From an uncultured Pelagibacteraceae bacterium (lineage in GTDB: Bacteria; Pseudomonadota; Alphaproteobacteria; Pelagibacterales; Pelagibacteraceae), in contig CACOXS010000003.1 of the NCBI GenBank assembly GCA_902631255.1, positions 5,692 to 69,691 of the forward strand: DNA of 64,000 bases. Direction: 5' to 3'. Below the pieces are notes generated by a model. That model was not told where the DNA came from. It ran no database searches and was given only the letters and a program-made list of their open reading frames with translations. Positions 1-9,218 of this stretch are shown here, piece after piece; position 1 is the stretch's first letter, and each line of letters opens with the position of its first letter. The translations under genes and the position numbers were made by a program.

Positions 1-1
1 G

Positions 2-97
2 AAAATTTATCAAAAATTTAAAATAAAGATCAATCTAATTATAGTTATGGCTGCTCTATTATTTTTGTTATCAGTCTTAATATTGTTATATTTTTAA
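2..97 (+). CDS. 3' end of a membrane protein, possibly a LysE-family translocator (partial)
   Basis: Frame 2 reads KIYQKFKIKINLIIVMAALLFLLSVLILLYF*, a hydrophobic C-terminal helix ending 4 nt before the next ATG. Confidence 0.4.
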   Translation, partial: KIYQKFKIKINLIIVMAALLFLLSVLILLYF

Positions 98-101
98 GTT
101 T

Positions 102-650
102 ATGAAAAAATTTTTAACTATTTTCCTAATTTTTTTTTTTAATTTAAGTAGTTTATTTGCAGATGAAAGAATTAAAAAACTTAATCAATTGTTTGATGAT
201 TTAAAAACTCAAAATTACTCAGCCGCATATAAAATTGAACAAGAAATTTGGCAAATATGGAGCACACATCCAAATGATGAAAATTTGACAATGTTATTAA
301 ATAAAGGATCAAGTTTAGTAAATGAATTAAAGTATAATCAAGCAATAGATATATTTTCTAAAGCAATAAATTCGGATCCATTATGGGCTGAGGCATGGAA
401 TAAACGTGCAACTGTATTCTATTTATCTGGTAATTTTGAAAAGTCGCAAAAAGATATTGATAAAGTTTTAGAATTAGAAAAAAGGCATTTCGGCGCTCTT
501 GCTGGACAAGGTCTTGTAAATATTCAATTAAAAAATTATAATAAGGCTATTGAGAGTTATGAAAAAGCTAAAGAGATATATCCCACAATGAAATCACCAG
601 ATATGATGATAAATCAAATTAAAGAACTAATAAAAAAACAATCCATCTAA
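102..650 (+). CDS. Exported tetratricopeptide-repeat protein
   Basis: N-terminal signal peptide; TPR motifs (WAEAWNKRATVFYL, HFGALAGQGLV). Confidence 0.85.
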   Translation: MKKFLTIFLIFFFNLSSLFADERIKKLNQLFDDLKTQNYSAAYKIEQEIWQIWSTHPNDENLTMLLNKGSSLVNELKYNQAIDIFSKAINSDPLWAEAWNKRATVFYLSGNFEKSQKDIDKVLELEKRHFGALAGQGLVNIQLKNYNKAIESYEKAKEIYPTMKSPDMMINQIKELIKKQSI

Positions 651-651
651 G

Positions 652-1764
652 ATGATAGATTATATATTACCATTTTTAATACTTATCATGATTGTGGTAT
701 TTATTCATGAATACGGCCATTATTATTTTGCCAAAAGATATGGTGTTGCAGTAACTGATTTTTCAATTGGATTTGGAAAGGAAATATTTGGTTGGAATGA
801 TAAATCTGGAACTAGATGGAAAATTTGCTGGATACCTCTTGGTGGATATGTAAAATTCTTTGGAGATCGAAATGTTTTTTCACAAGCTGATCAAGAAAAA
901 TTAATAGAAAAATACAACGAAGAAGACAGGAAAAAATTATTCGTTTTAAAGCCACTATATCAAAGAGCTTTAATTGTTTTTGGTGGACCATTAGCAAACT
1001 TCTTACTCGCATTACTAATTTTCTTTTCTATTTACACTTTTGCAGGAAAAGATTTTACTCCTGCAATGATCAATGAGGTACAAAAAGATAGCCCTGCAAT
1101 GATAGGTGGTTTGAAACAAAATGATATTATTTTAGAGATAGATGGAAATGAAGTTAAAAGCATTATGGATGTTTCTAAATTTATAACGTTATCAACAGAT
1201 GATTTTATAGATTTTAAGGTTAAACGTTCATACGACGAAATATTATTAAAAGTAAAACCTAAAATGGTTTTAAGTGAAGATAACCTTGGAAATAAGATTA
1301 ACAAAAGGATTGTTGGAATTAAATTAAGTGCTTACAACAACGAGATAAATCATGTAAAATTAGGACCCGCACAATCTATATATCATGCAGCAAATGAGGT
1401 ATATTTCGTGAGCATATCCTCACTTAAATATATTGGTGCAATGATTTTTGGAAAAGTTGATACTTCACAACTTGGTGGACCCATTAGAATTGCTAAAATT
1501 TCAGGTCAGGTAGCAGAATTTGGTTTATTGGCATTTGTTAGCATGATGGCTTACATTTCTATAAGTTTAGGATTAATTAATTTATTTCCGATACCAATGT
1601 TGGATGGAGGTCATTTAATGTTTTATGCTTTCGAAAAAGTGTTAGGACGTCCTCTATCACAAAAAACGCAAGAGGGTTTTTTTCGAATCGGGATGTTTAT
1701 GCTCTTAACTTTAATGATATTTACTACATTTAATGATCTGAAAGATCTTGGCTTATTTAGTTAA
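652..1764 (+). CDS. rseP: RIP metalloprotease RseP (M50 with PDZ domain)
   Basis: HEYGH zinc motif, FSIGFG, PDZ region, NLFPIPMLDGG. Confidence 0.95.
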   Translation: MIDYILPFLILIMIVVFIHEYGHYYFAKRYGVAVTDFSIGFGKEIFGWNDKSGTRWKICWIPLGGYVKFFGDRNVFSQADQEKLIEKYNEEDRKKLFVLKPLYQRALIVFGGPLANFLLALLIFFSIYTFAGKDFTPAMINEVQKDSPAMIGGLKQNDIILEIDGNEVKSIMDVSKFITLSTDDFIDFKVKRSYDEILLKVKPKMVLSEDNLGNKINKRIVGIKLSAYNNEINHVKLGPAQSIYHAANEVYFVSISSLKYIGAMIFGKVDTSQLGGPIRIAKISGQVAEFGLLAFVSMMAYISISLGLINLFPIPMLDGGHLMFYAFEKVLGRPLSQKTQEGFFRIGMFMLLTLMIFTTFNDLKDLGLFS

Positions 1765-1916
1765 AAAAATTTACATCTTTAAATAACCCTTTAAAATTAA
1801 GGTTTTTTTACTATACCAGATATTGTGTATAACTTTGAGCTAGATACTAAAAAAAGGCTTGATTTATCAATACTTTTGATAAAGATGGTAAATAACCTAA
1901 TAAAACCGGAGCTAAA

Positions 1917-2192
1917 ATGAACAAAAAACAACTAGTTGTCAAATTATCAGGCGCTTTAAACCTAAGTAAAGCTGATGCTGAAAGAACTTTTGACACGATT
2001 ACCAACACTATTTTAGATGCACTAAAAGCTGATGATTCAGTCAAAATTGCAGGATTTGGTACATATAAAGTGGCTAAGAGAAAAGCGAGAGTTGGAAGAA
2101 ACCCTAGGACTGGTGAGCAAATTCAAATTGCTGCATCGCAAAAGGTTAAATTCTTACCTGCCAAAGCTTTAAAAGAAGTATTCAATAAATAG
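1917..2192 (+). CDS. hup: DNA-binding protein HU
   Basis: MNKKQLV start, GFGTY and GRNPRTGE motifs; 91 aa. Confidence 0.95.
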   Translation: MNKKQLVVKLSGALNLSKADAERTFDTITNTILDALKADDSVKIAGFGTYKVAKRKARVGRNPRTGEQIQIAASQKVKFLPAKALKEVFNK

Positions 2193-2200
2193 TTAATTTT

Positions 2201-2236
2201 ACAGCCTTAACGTCAAAAAGCGTTAAGGCTGTTTCT
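2201..2236 (+). terminator. Intrinsic terminator after hup
   Basis: Perfect 12-bp stem ACAGCCTTAACG/CGTTAAGGCTGT followed by TTCT. Confidence 0.8.
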
Positions 2237-2237
2237 A

Positions 2238-2254
2238 TATGCAAAATCTGCATA
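2238..2254. promoter_or_regulatory. Palindromic operator candidate upstream of amtB
   Basis: TATGCA-N5-TGCATA, about 75 bp upstream of the amtB start. Confidence 0.4.
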
Positions 2255-2327
2255 CCCAATTTTCATAATCAGCGTTAGTTTTTAGGAATTATTAAAATAC
2301 AAGCACTCTCAATAACAGGGAGGTCTT

Positions 2328-3629
2328 ATGACTAAATTAATAAAAAAAATAAGTGCGCCGCTTATTAGTTTAATTTTTTTATTGAACATGAGTAGTGCAG
2401 GTATGGCAGATACAACAGTTTCTGCTGAAGTAGGTTTTATTTTTAATACCTTATTATTTTTGATTTGTGGATTTCTAGTAATGTTCATGGCAGCTGGTTT
2501 TGCTATGCTAGAGTCTGGAATGGTTACATCAAAAAGTGTATCCGTTATTTGTGCAAAAAACATAGGGTTGTTCTCAATTGCAGGTATAATGTTCTGGCTT
2601 GTAGGTTATAATTTAGCCTATGGTATCAGTCCAGGTGGATATATTGGAAAATTTATTCCATGGGCAGATGGTAGTAAACTAGATACAGGTTATTCCGATG
2701 GTTCAGATTGGTATTTCCAAATGGTATTCTGTGCAACTACTGTTTCAATCGTATCAGGTACAATGGCTGAAAGAATTAAATTATGGCCATTCTTTACATT
2801 TGCTGCAATTCTATCAGGAATTATTTATCCAATCGTAATGGGTTGGCAGTGGGGTGGAGGCTGGTTAGCAGAATTAGGATTTTCTGATTTTGCTGGTTCA
2901 ACTTTAGTACACTCAACTGGTGGTGCAGCTGCTTTGGCTGGTGCAATGATAATTGGTCCAAGATTAGGAAGATTTACTAAATCTGGGGCTCCAGCACCGC
3001 TTAAACCGTTTGCAGCATCATCAATACCATTAGTAACAATTGGAGTATTTATTTTATGGCTAGGTTGGTTTGGCTTTAATGGTGGTTCACAATTAGCTTT
3101 GGGAACGGCTACAGATGCGATCGCTGTATCAAAAATATTTATCAACACATTCCTTGCTGGTGCAGGTGGTGTTATGGGTGCAGCAGTTATAACAAGATTG
3201 CATTTTGGTAAAACTGACGTAGTTCAAATGTTAAATGGATGCATTGGAGGTTTGGTTGCTGTAACTGCAGAACCATTATTACCATCACCATTAGCTGCAA
3301 TTTTAATTGGTGCTGTGGGTGGATTAATCGTAGTGTATGGTACTAAACTATTATTCTCTTTAAAAATTGATGATGTAGTTGGTGCTATTCCTGCTCACTT
3401 ATTTGCTGGAATTTGGGGTACGTTAATTGTACCTGCAACAAATTCTGGTGCAAATTTTAGTGCTCAGTTGATCGGTGTTTTATCAGTAAACATATTTGTG
3501 TTTATTGTAGCTTACATAGTGTTTAACGCTATCAAAGCAACTATTGGCCTAAGGTTAAGCAAAGAAGGTGAAACCAAAGGTACTGATGTTACTGAAACTG
3601 GTGTGATTGCATATGCAATACGTGACTAA
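2328..3629 (+). CDS. amtB: Ammonium transporter (Amt family)
   Basis: DFAGSTLVH, LWLGWFGFNGGS, IDDVVGAIPAH motifs; RBS AGGGAGG at 2317-2323. Confidence 0.97.
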   Translation: MTKLIKKISAPLISLIFLLNMSSAGMADTTVSAEVGFIFNTLLFLICGFLVMFMAAGFAMLESGMVTSKSVSVICAKNIGLFSIAGIMFWLVGYNLAYGISPGGYIGKFIPWADGSKLDTGYSDGSDWYFQMVFCATTVSIVSGTMAERIKLWPFFTFAAILSGIIYPIVMGWQWGGGWLAELGFSDFAGSTLVHSTGGAAALAGAMIIGPRLGRFTKSGAPAPLKPFAASSIPLVTIGVFILWLGWFGFNGGSQLALGTATDAIAVSKIFINTFLAGAGGVMGAAVITRLHFGKTDVVQMLNGCIGGLVAVTAEPLLPSPLAAILIGAVGGLIVVYGTKLLFSLKIDDVVGAIPAHLFAGIWGTLIVPATNSGANFSAQLIGVLSVNIFVFIVAYIVFNAIKATIGLRLSKEGETKGTDVTETGVIAYAIRD

Positions 3630-3641
3630 TTGTTAACAATA

Positions 3642-3752
3642 AGGGACTCTTCGCTCTCTGTGTATCTCCGCGATTACTCATCGAAGGGTCCCTAAAATTC
3701 TCTCTTAAAGTTAGTTAAACGAAAAAAAGCCCCTCCCTCAAGGGGCTTTTTT
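3642..3752 (+). ncRNA. Candidate structured RNA in the amtB 3' region (two hairpins with CU-rich loops)
   Basis: 12-bp stem 3642-3653/3682-3693 with a 28-nt pyrimidine-rich loop, followed by a terminator hairpin. Confidence 0.45.
3722..3752. terminator. Bidirectional intrinsic terminator between amtB and the GT9 gene
   Basis: AAAAAAAGCCCCT-loop-AGGGGCTTTTTT between convergent genes. Confidence 0.85.
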
Positions 3753-3773
3753 ATTTTCATAAAACTTAAATGA

Positions 3774-4760
3774 TTACAAATTTTCAATCACCTGATTAAA
3801 CACTTCATCGGGCTTAAGACTTTTCATTCCATTTCTATCCCTATTCCAAACATTGTCTATATAATCTTTTGGAACTATTGGAGTAATTTTACTATATTTT
3901 AGCTCACTCACTGGGTCATTGGCTATTAATCCAAACGATTTTATTCCAAGAGCTGCTGCAAGATTTAATGGACCTGAATTATTTCCAAGAAAAAAATCTG
4001 AATTTTTAATTGCTAATATTACTCCTTGTAGATCTTTATTAGAACAATCGATAAAATAATTTTTATTAGACTCAGCAATTATTTTTTTTGCAATATGAGA
4101 TTTTTCAGGGCTACAAACAAGATATATGTAATCAAATAATTTTTTTTTGAACAAAAGATCCGCAAGTTTGATAAAATCTTCCTCATACCACATTTTGTAA
4201 TCTTCAAAAGAATCGACCCCAAAAGCAATTTTCTTTCCATCAACAAGAAGGTCCGAATTATTTTTTTTGAGACTCTCAACATCAATCTCCAAATTTGGAT
4301 ATTCATTCTCTATTTTTATCGAATTTATCTTAAGTAGTTTTTGAGATCTTTCAGAATAATTTAATTTTAAATCCTCCTCATTAAGAAAATTTTTTACAGT
4401 AAGCCATTTCTTTTGGTTTTTAAATCCCGGTCCAATAATATTCTTAATTTTTGCTATTTTAGCTGCGATGGCAGGTTTATTTACTTTATCTAATATATAA
4501 ACAAAATCATATTTCTCAGATTTAAATACTTTTATTAAATTGAATACATCAACCCAATAAAATAAACCCTTTCTGAAATCATTATAAAAAATTTGATTTA
4601 TATGTTTTAGGTCTTTAAGAATATTTTTGGCTTGAGTTTTTTCTCTGACAACCAAATCTATATTTGTTTGATGATGTTGACTGATAGCTTTTATGTAGGG
4701 TAATTGCCAGATTAAATCACCTAATTTATGATGAGTATAAACGATACAAATTTTATTCAT
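3774..4760 (-). CDS. Glycosyltransferase family 9 (heptosyltransferase-like)
   Basis: LGDLIWQLP N-terminal motif and GNNSGPLNLAAALG C-terminal motif. Confidence 0.85.
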   Translation of the reverse strand: MNKICIVYTHHKLGDLIWQLPYIKAISQHHQTNIDLVVREKTQAKNILKDLKHINQIFYNDFRKGLFYWVDVFNLIKVFKSEKYDFVYILDKVNKPAIAAKIAKIKNIIGPGFKNQKKWLTVKNFLNEEDLKLNYSERSQKLLKINSIKIENEYPNLEIDVESLKKNNSDLLVDGKKIAFGVDSFEDYKMWYEEDFIKLADLLFKKKLFDYIYLVCSPEKSHIAKKIIAESNKNYFIDCSNKDLQGVILAIKNSDFFLGNNSGPLNLAAALGIKSFGLIANDPVSELKYSKITPIVPKDYIDNVWNRDRNGMKSLKPDEVFNQVIENL

Positions 4761-4807
4761 TTTTATTTATGTGATTTCAAAAAAAACTATATAATAAATT
4801 TAGTTCT

Positions 4808-5191
4808 ATGAATATAAAATCGTCAAAAACATTAGTCACAGAAGCTTTAAGCGAAATTAAAACAATTTCACCAGACGAAGCATTATCAATGATGAATGAA
4901 GATAAATGTAATCTAATTGATATTAGAGATATAAGAGAACTTGAAAGAGATGGGCGAGTTGAAAATTCAAATCATATCCCGCGAGGAATGTTAGAATTTT
5001 GGTTAGATCCTGATAGTCCATATTTTAAAGATGGTAAATTAGATATGAATAAAGAAATGGTTCTTTTCTGCGCTGGCGGTATGAGATCAGCATTGGCTGC
5101 AAAAACACTCAAAGATATGGGGTTTGAAAAAGTTTCACACATTGATGGTGGGTTTGGGGCTATTAGAAATAGTAAATTTAAGATTGTTTAA
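4808..5191 (+). CDS. Single-domain rhodanese (sulfurtransferase)
   Basis: LIDIRD, IPRGMLEFW, active loop CAGGMRS. Confidence 0.9.
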   Translation: MNIKSSKTLVTEALSEIKTISPDEALSMMNEDKCNLIDIRDIRELERDGRVENSNHIPRGMLEFWLDPDSPYFKDGKLDMNKEMVLFCAGGMRSALAAKTLKDMGFEKVSHIDGGFGAIRNSKFKIV

Positions 5192-5772
5192 GAAACACAC
5201 TCTTCTAAAGCATATTCAAGTCTATCTTGTCCCCAAAAAAGTTTATTGTTGACTATGAAAGTTGGAGCACCGAATACATCATTTTGAAAAGCTTTGTCAG
5301 TTAAACTTTTTAATTCATCTTTTACTTTTTGATTACTTATATCTTCAAAAAATTTTTTTTTATCAATTTTACAATTATCTAAAATTTTGTTTACGTTAGC
5401 TTCGATTGATATATCTATGTTATTTTTCCAATAGGCATCAAAACAGATATCAAAGTATTCACTTTTTTTATTTGCATCAATTGAAATAAATCCTCTCATT
5501 AAATAAAGGGTATTAATTGGAAATTTTTCGTTCCATTTAAAAGATATATTATTTTTGTTAGCTATAATTTCGCAATCATTCTTCATATTTTTCATTTTTC
5601 GCTCATTAAAAGCAGGAGCAGTTATGTTACCTAACTTATGTAAACCACCTAGCAGAATAGGTTTATAATTAAAATCGACCCCATTTTTTTTTTGCATTGA
5701 TTTAATTTTTTTATAGGCAATGTAAGAATATGGACTAATAAAATCGAAGTAAAAATCGATGATTTTACTCAT
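5188..5772 (-). CDS. 2-hydroxychromene-2-carboxylate isomerase / DsbA-like (GST-kappa) protein
   Basis: DFYFDFISPYSY, GAPTF, FWGQDRL; start taken at MSKIIDF. Confidence 0.88.
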   Translation of the reverse strand: MSKIIDFYFDFISPYSYIAYKKIKSMQKKNGVDFNYKPILLGGLHKLGNITAPAFNERKMKNMKNDCEIIANKNNISFKWNEKFPINTLYLMRGFISIDANKKSEYFDICFDAYWKNNIDISIEANVNKILDNCKIDKKKFFEDISNQKVKDELKSLTDKAFQNDVFGAPTFIVNNKLFWGQDRLEYALEECVS

Positions 5773-6238
5773 ATAGGTTAATACTTTTCGCATAAAATAT
5801 TCTAATGAGCCAATAAATAAAAATGCCTATAGGACCAATTAAATAAGTGATTATTAATGGGATGCCAACAAGAACCTTATTGATAAAAAATTTTTGTGAG
5901 TCCCTTACAATCCAGCCACCGACGAATAAATTAATTGATACAAAGTGGATCCAAAATAACATTAAAAAAATATTACTTGAAAACAAACCAGATAAATTAC
6001 TAATACTTAAATATAATTCAAAATTACTATCGAAATCATAAGCATTTAAATAAGCTTTATAAAGTACAAATATATAAGCACCTCCTAATAATGTGATTGG
6101 AAAAATAGAAGTAACGAAATATTTTGTAAAGTTTGATTGTGGAAAAAATATTAATACTAACCAAAAAGGCAAAACTCCCAAATTCACCCAAAAGTAGAGA
6201 ATTTCAATTGTAAAGTAAGCATAAATTTGTTCGATCAT
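5765..6238 (-). CDS. ABA4-like (DUF4281) membrane protein
   Basis: Four hydrophobic segments; WIHFVSINLFVGGW and GPIG motifs. Confidence 0.75.
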   Translation of the reverse strand: MIEQIYAYFTIEILYFWVNLGVLPFWLVLIFFPQSNFTKYFVTSIFPITLLGGAYIFVLYKAYLNAYDFDSNFELYLSISNLSGLFSSNIFLMLFWIHFVSINLFVGGWIVRDSQKFFINKVLVGIPLIITYLIGPIGIFIYWLIRIFYAKSINLYE

Positions 6239-6266
6239 TTTAAATTATATTATATTAGATCTTACA

Positions 6267-6830
6267 ATGATTCCTATAAGAAATAAGAGAAAAACATTAC
6301 AGGTGACTGTAGATGAAATGAGAAATTTTGCTTTAGCATATGTTGAAAAATATGCCCCATCTAAACAACAATTAAGAACATATTTGCTAAAAAAATATCT
6401 TAAATTATCCGTTCCAAATGTAAAAAAACAGGATGTGACAAATTTAATTGATATTGTTTTATCTGATTTAGAAAAAAATAAATTTATTAATGATAAATTT
6501 TATTCTGAAAGTAAAGCCAAAAGTATGATCAGAAGAGGAAGTTCGATTAATAAAATCAGAAACTACTTAATTGGCAAAGGTGTTAATGATGAATTTATAA
6601 AAGATACAGTCAACAAAATTAATGAGGATAATTCAGATCAAGATTTTTTTTCAGCAATTAAAATTTGTAAAAAGAAAAGAATTGGACCAGCTAGGATAGA
6701 TGATAATAGACCGCTTTTTTATAAAAAGGATATCTCTTTATTGGCAAGAAATGGCTTCGATTTTGAGACATCCAAAAAAGTTATGGAATTAAAAAAAGAT
6801 GATTATTTAAAAATAATAAAACTACTTTGA
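6267..6830 (+). CDS. recX: Regulatory protein RecX
   Basis: ALAYVEKY, INDKFYSE, KKKRIGP, LARNGF: alphaproteobacterial RecX pattern. Confidence 0.85.
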   Translation: MIPIRNKRKTLQVTVDEMRNFALAYVEKYAPSKQQLRTYLLKKYLKLSVPNVKKQDVTNLIDIVLSDLEKNKFINDKFYSESKAKSMIRRGSSINKIRNYLIGKGVNDEFIKDTVNKINEDNSDQDFFSAIKICKKKRIGPARIDDNRPLFYKKDISLLARNGFDFETSKKVMELKKDDYLKIIKLL

Positions 6831-6965
6831 TTTTTTTTTCTTTTCTTCTTCAACTAATTGATTGATTTTATTTCTGATATAATTTTTAACATATACAAAT
6901 ACCAATAAACCAAAAATAGACACTGATACAATAATTATAAGTATTATTCTTAATTGCTCATCCAT
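6822..6965 (-). CDS. 47-aa single-pass membrane microprotein (not in ORF track)
   Basis: MDEQLRIILIIIVSVSIFGLLVFVYVKNYIRNKINQLVEEEKKKKSK*; starts 1 nt after the cysQ stop and fills the gap exactly. Confidence 0.6.
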   Translation of the reverse strand: MDEQLRIILIIIVSVSIFGLLVFVYVKNYIRNKINQLVEEEKKKKSK

Positions 6966-6966
6966 A

Positions 6967-7737
6967 TTAGATATTTTTATTTTTTAAGATTAAACTTGGA
7001 TTTTTAAAATTTTTCTTTCCATATTTAATTTCTTTGCCATCAAAATCTGAAATTATTCCTCCAGCATGTTGTAAAATTGCATGACCAGCCGCTATATCCC
7101 ATTCACAAGCTCTCGGCTCAGCCACATATCCATCATATTCGCCAGCAGCAATGACACAAAATTTAAGAGAACTTTTCATTCTTACATATTTTTTTACATT
7201 AAATTTTTTATGTAATTTTTCTATTTCAGGTTTAATATTGTTTGAATTGGAAACAAATTTCACATCATTTTTATCAAAATTTTCAGAACAATTTAAATTC
7301 TTGGTTTCACCATTTGTAAACTCATAGGCATTATTTGGACCATAGGAGTAAAACATTCTTTTTTTTGAAGGGGCATAAATTAATCCAGCTACTGGATTTT
7401 TGTTAATTATTAATCCAGCATTAATTGTAAATTCCTCTAGATTATTTATGTAGTCATAGGTGCCATCTATGGGGTCGATTAGCCAAAAGTTTTCAAGATT
7501 GTTTATTGATTTATTATCAGAGGTCTCCTCTGAAATAATGGGAAGTTCAGGTGTCAATTCTTTAATTTTTTGAGTGACAATTTTATTAACTTCTAAATCT
7601 CCATTACTAACAGGAGTATTATCGGCTTTAATTTTTTTTATAAGTCCTTGTTTTCTTAAATCTAAAGAAATTTTTCCTGCATGAATAAATGTATCAATTA
7701 GATTTTCGACAATCTCTTTTAAATTCAAATTATTCAT
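6967..7737 (-). CDS. cysQ: 3'(2'),5'-bisphosphate nucleotidase CysQ
   Basis: IISEE, FWLIDPIDGT, WDIAAGHAIL inositol-monophosphatase-family motifs. Confidence 0.9.
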   Translation of the reverse strand: MNNLNLKEIVENLIDTFIHAGKISLDLRKQGLIKKIKADNTPVSNGDLEVNKIVTQKIKELTPELPIISEETSDNKSINNLENFWLIDPIDGTYDYINNLEEFTINAGLIINKNPVAGLIYAPSKKRMFYSYGPNNAYEFTNGETKNLNCSENFDKNDVKFVSNSNNIKPEIEKLHKKFNVKKYVRMKSSLKFCVIAAGEYDGYVAEPRACEWDIAAGHAILQHAGGIISDFDGKEIKYGKKNFKNPSLILKNKNI

Positions 7738-7900
7738 TGATCTTTATTAATTCTATATTTTCAGTATTTATTACTTTTTTGCCAACATTTTCAAAATTAA
7801 CTGTCACTTTTTCTTTTATAATTGATTGAACTTGACCTTTACCCCAGTTTTTATTAGAGGGATTGATAACTTTGTCTCCTGGTTCAAAATCTAATATCAT
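7730..7900 (-). CDS. DUF3553-like small beta protein, 56 aa (not in ORF track)
   Basis: [45 protein letters not shown]...; WG.GQVQS and TVNFE motifs; stop overlaps the cysQ start. Confidence 0.8.
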   Translation of the reverse strand: MILDFEPGDKVINPSNKNWGKGQVQSIIKEKVTVNFENVGKKVINTENIELIKINE

Positions 7901-7941
7901 TTAATTTAACTTATATTAGAAATAAGTATAAATACCATCAA

Positions 7942-9060
7942 ATGAATCAAGAATTAAATGCAATAGGATTAAACAAGAAACCATCAGACACAAAAGTAGT
8001 TGTTGCAATGTCTGGAGGTGTAGATTCATCAACTGTAGCAGGTATGATGAAAAAAGAAGGATATGACGTAATTGGTATTACTTTAAAACTTTATGACGAT
8101 GCAAAGCAGGTTGCAGAGTCAAGGCAATGTTGTTCTGGTCAAGATATCATGGATGCAAAAAGAGTTGCTCAAAAATTAGATATAGAACATAAAATTTTAT
8201 ATTATCAAAATAAGTTCAAGCAAGGAGTTATAGATAATTTTGTTGACAGTTACTTAAAAGGTGAAACACCTATACCCTGTGTACAATGTAATCAAACAGT
8301 TAAATTCAAAGATTTATTTGAGGTTTCCAAAGAGTTAAATGCTGATGCTTTAATTACTGGGCATTATGTGAAAAGTGTTACTTCAAATAATAATACAAAT
8401 ATGTACAGAGCTATTGATGAAAATAGAGATCAAAGTTATTTTCTTTTCAATACTACTAGAGAACAACTTGATTATTTAAGATTTCCATTGGGCGGTCTTC
8501 ATAAAAATGAAACACGTGAAATTGCAAAAAAACTGGACCTCAATGTTGCTGATAAACCAGACAGCCAGGATATATGTTTTGTGCCTGGTGGAGATTATGC
8601 ATCAGTAATTCAAAAATTTAGACCAGACTCATTTAAAAAAGGAAACATTAAAGATCTTAAAGGTAATGTTATTGGTGTTCATGATGGAATTATAAATTTT
8701 ACTATTGGCCAAAGAAAAGGAATAAAAGTTTCTGACAAAGAAGCTTTGTACGTTATTAAAATAAATTCTGAAAAAAATGAAATAATTGTTGGACCAAAAG
8801 AATATTTAGGAAAGAAAGACATTTTATTAAAAAATGTTAATTTACTTGCAAATGAACAAGAATTTAAATCCAGCATTTTTGTAAAAGTTAGATCTACTGG
8901 TAAATTGCTTAAAGCAAACGTTAACCTAAGTGATCAGAATGGTGCGAATGTAAACCTTGAAAGCCCTGAAGATGGAATATCACCAGGCCAGGCATGTGTT
9001 TTCTATAATAAAGATGCTCTAGGTTATAAAGTATTAGGAGGTGGCTGGATAAAGGAATAA
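7942..9060 (+). CDS. mnmA: tRNA 2-thiouridine(34) synthase MnmA
   Basis: [40 protein letters not shown]. Confidence 0.97.
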   Translation: MNQELNAIGLNKKPSDTKVVVAMSGGVDSSTVAGMMKKEGYDVIGITLKLYDDAKQVAESRQCCSGQDIMDAKRVAQKLDIEHKILYYQNKFKQGVIDNFVDSYLKGETPIPCVQCNQTVKFKDLFEVSKELNADALITGHYVKSVTSNNNTNMYRAIDENRDQSYFLFNTTREQLDYLRFPLGGLHKNETREIAKKLDLNVADKPDSQDICFVPGGDYASVIQKFRPDSFKKGNIKDLKGNVIGVHDGIINFTIGQRKGIKVSDKEALYVIKINSEKNEIIVGPKEYLGKKDILLKNVNLLANEQEFKSSIFVKVRSTGKLLKANVNLSDQNGANVNLESPEDGISPGQACVFYNKDALGYKVLGGGWIKE

Positions 9061-9061
9061 G

Positions 9062-9145
9062 CTATTTTTTCTTATTTTTTTTTCTAGCTCTTCTTTTTTT
9101 TGACCCCATTTTTCTTCGGCCTCTATGTTTCTTTGGGTAACTCAT
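9062..9145 (-). CDS. 27-aa Lys/Arg-rich peptide (not in ORF track)
   Basis: MSYPKKHRGRRKMGSKKRRARKKNKKK*; AAGGA RBS just upstream of the ATG. Confidence 0.65.
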   Translation of the reverse strand: MSYPKKHRGRRKMGSKKRRARKKNKKK

Positions 9146-9218
9146 TAAATCCTTTTCATTAATTTATTGAATTTTTGATATGGATATAGCATTGTCCTTT
9201 AATCATATCAATTTTTTT

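Noticed and set aside
812-3148. Short antisense ORFs inside rseP, hup and amtB, and similar ones inside aprA, xsc, lon, nuo genes and lolC
   Set aside because: Shadow frames of well-supported genes with no motifs or RBS
9146-9218. SAM-V or other riboswitch upstream of metC
   Set aside because: Leader is short and shared with the divergent peptide gene; no recognisable SAM-II/V pseudoknot pattern
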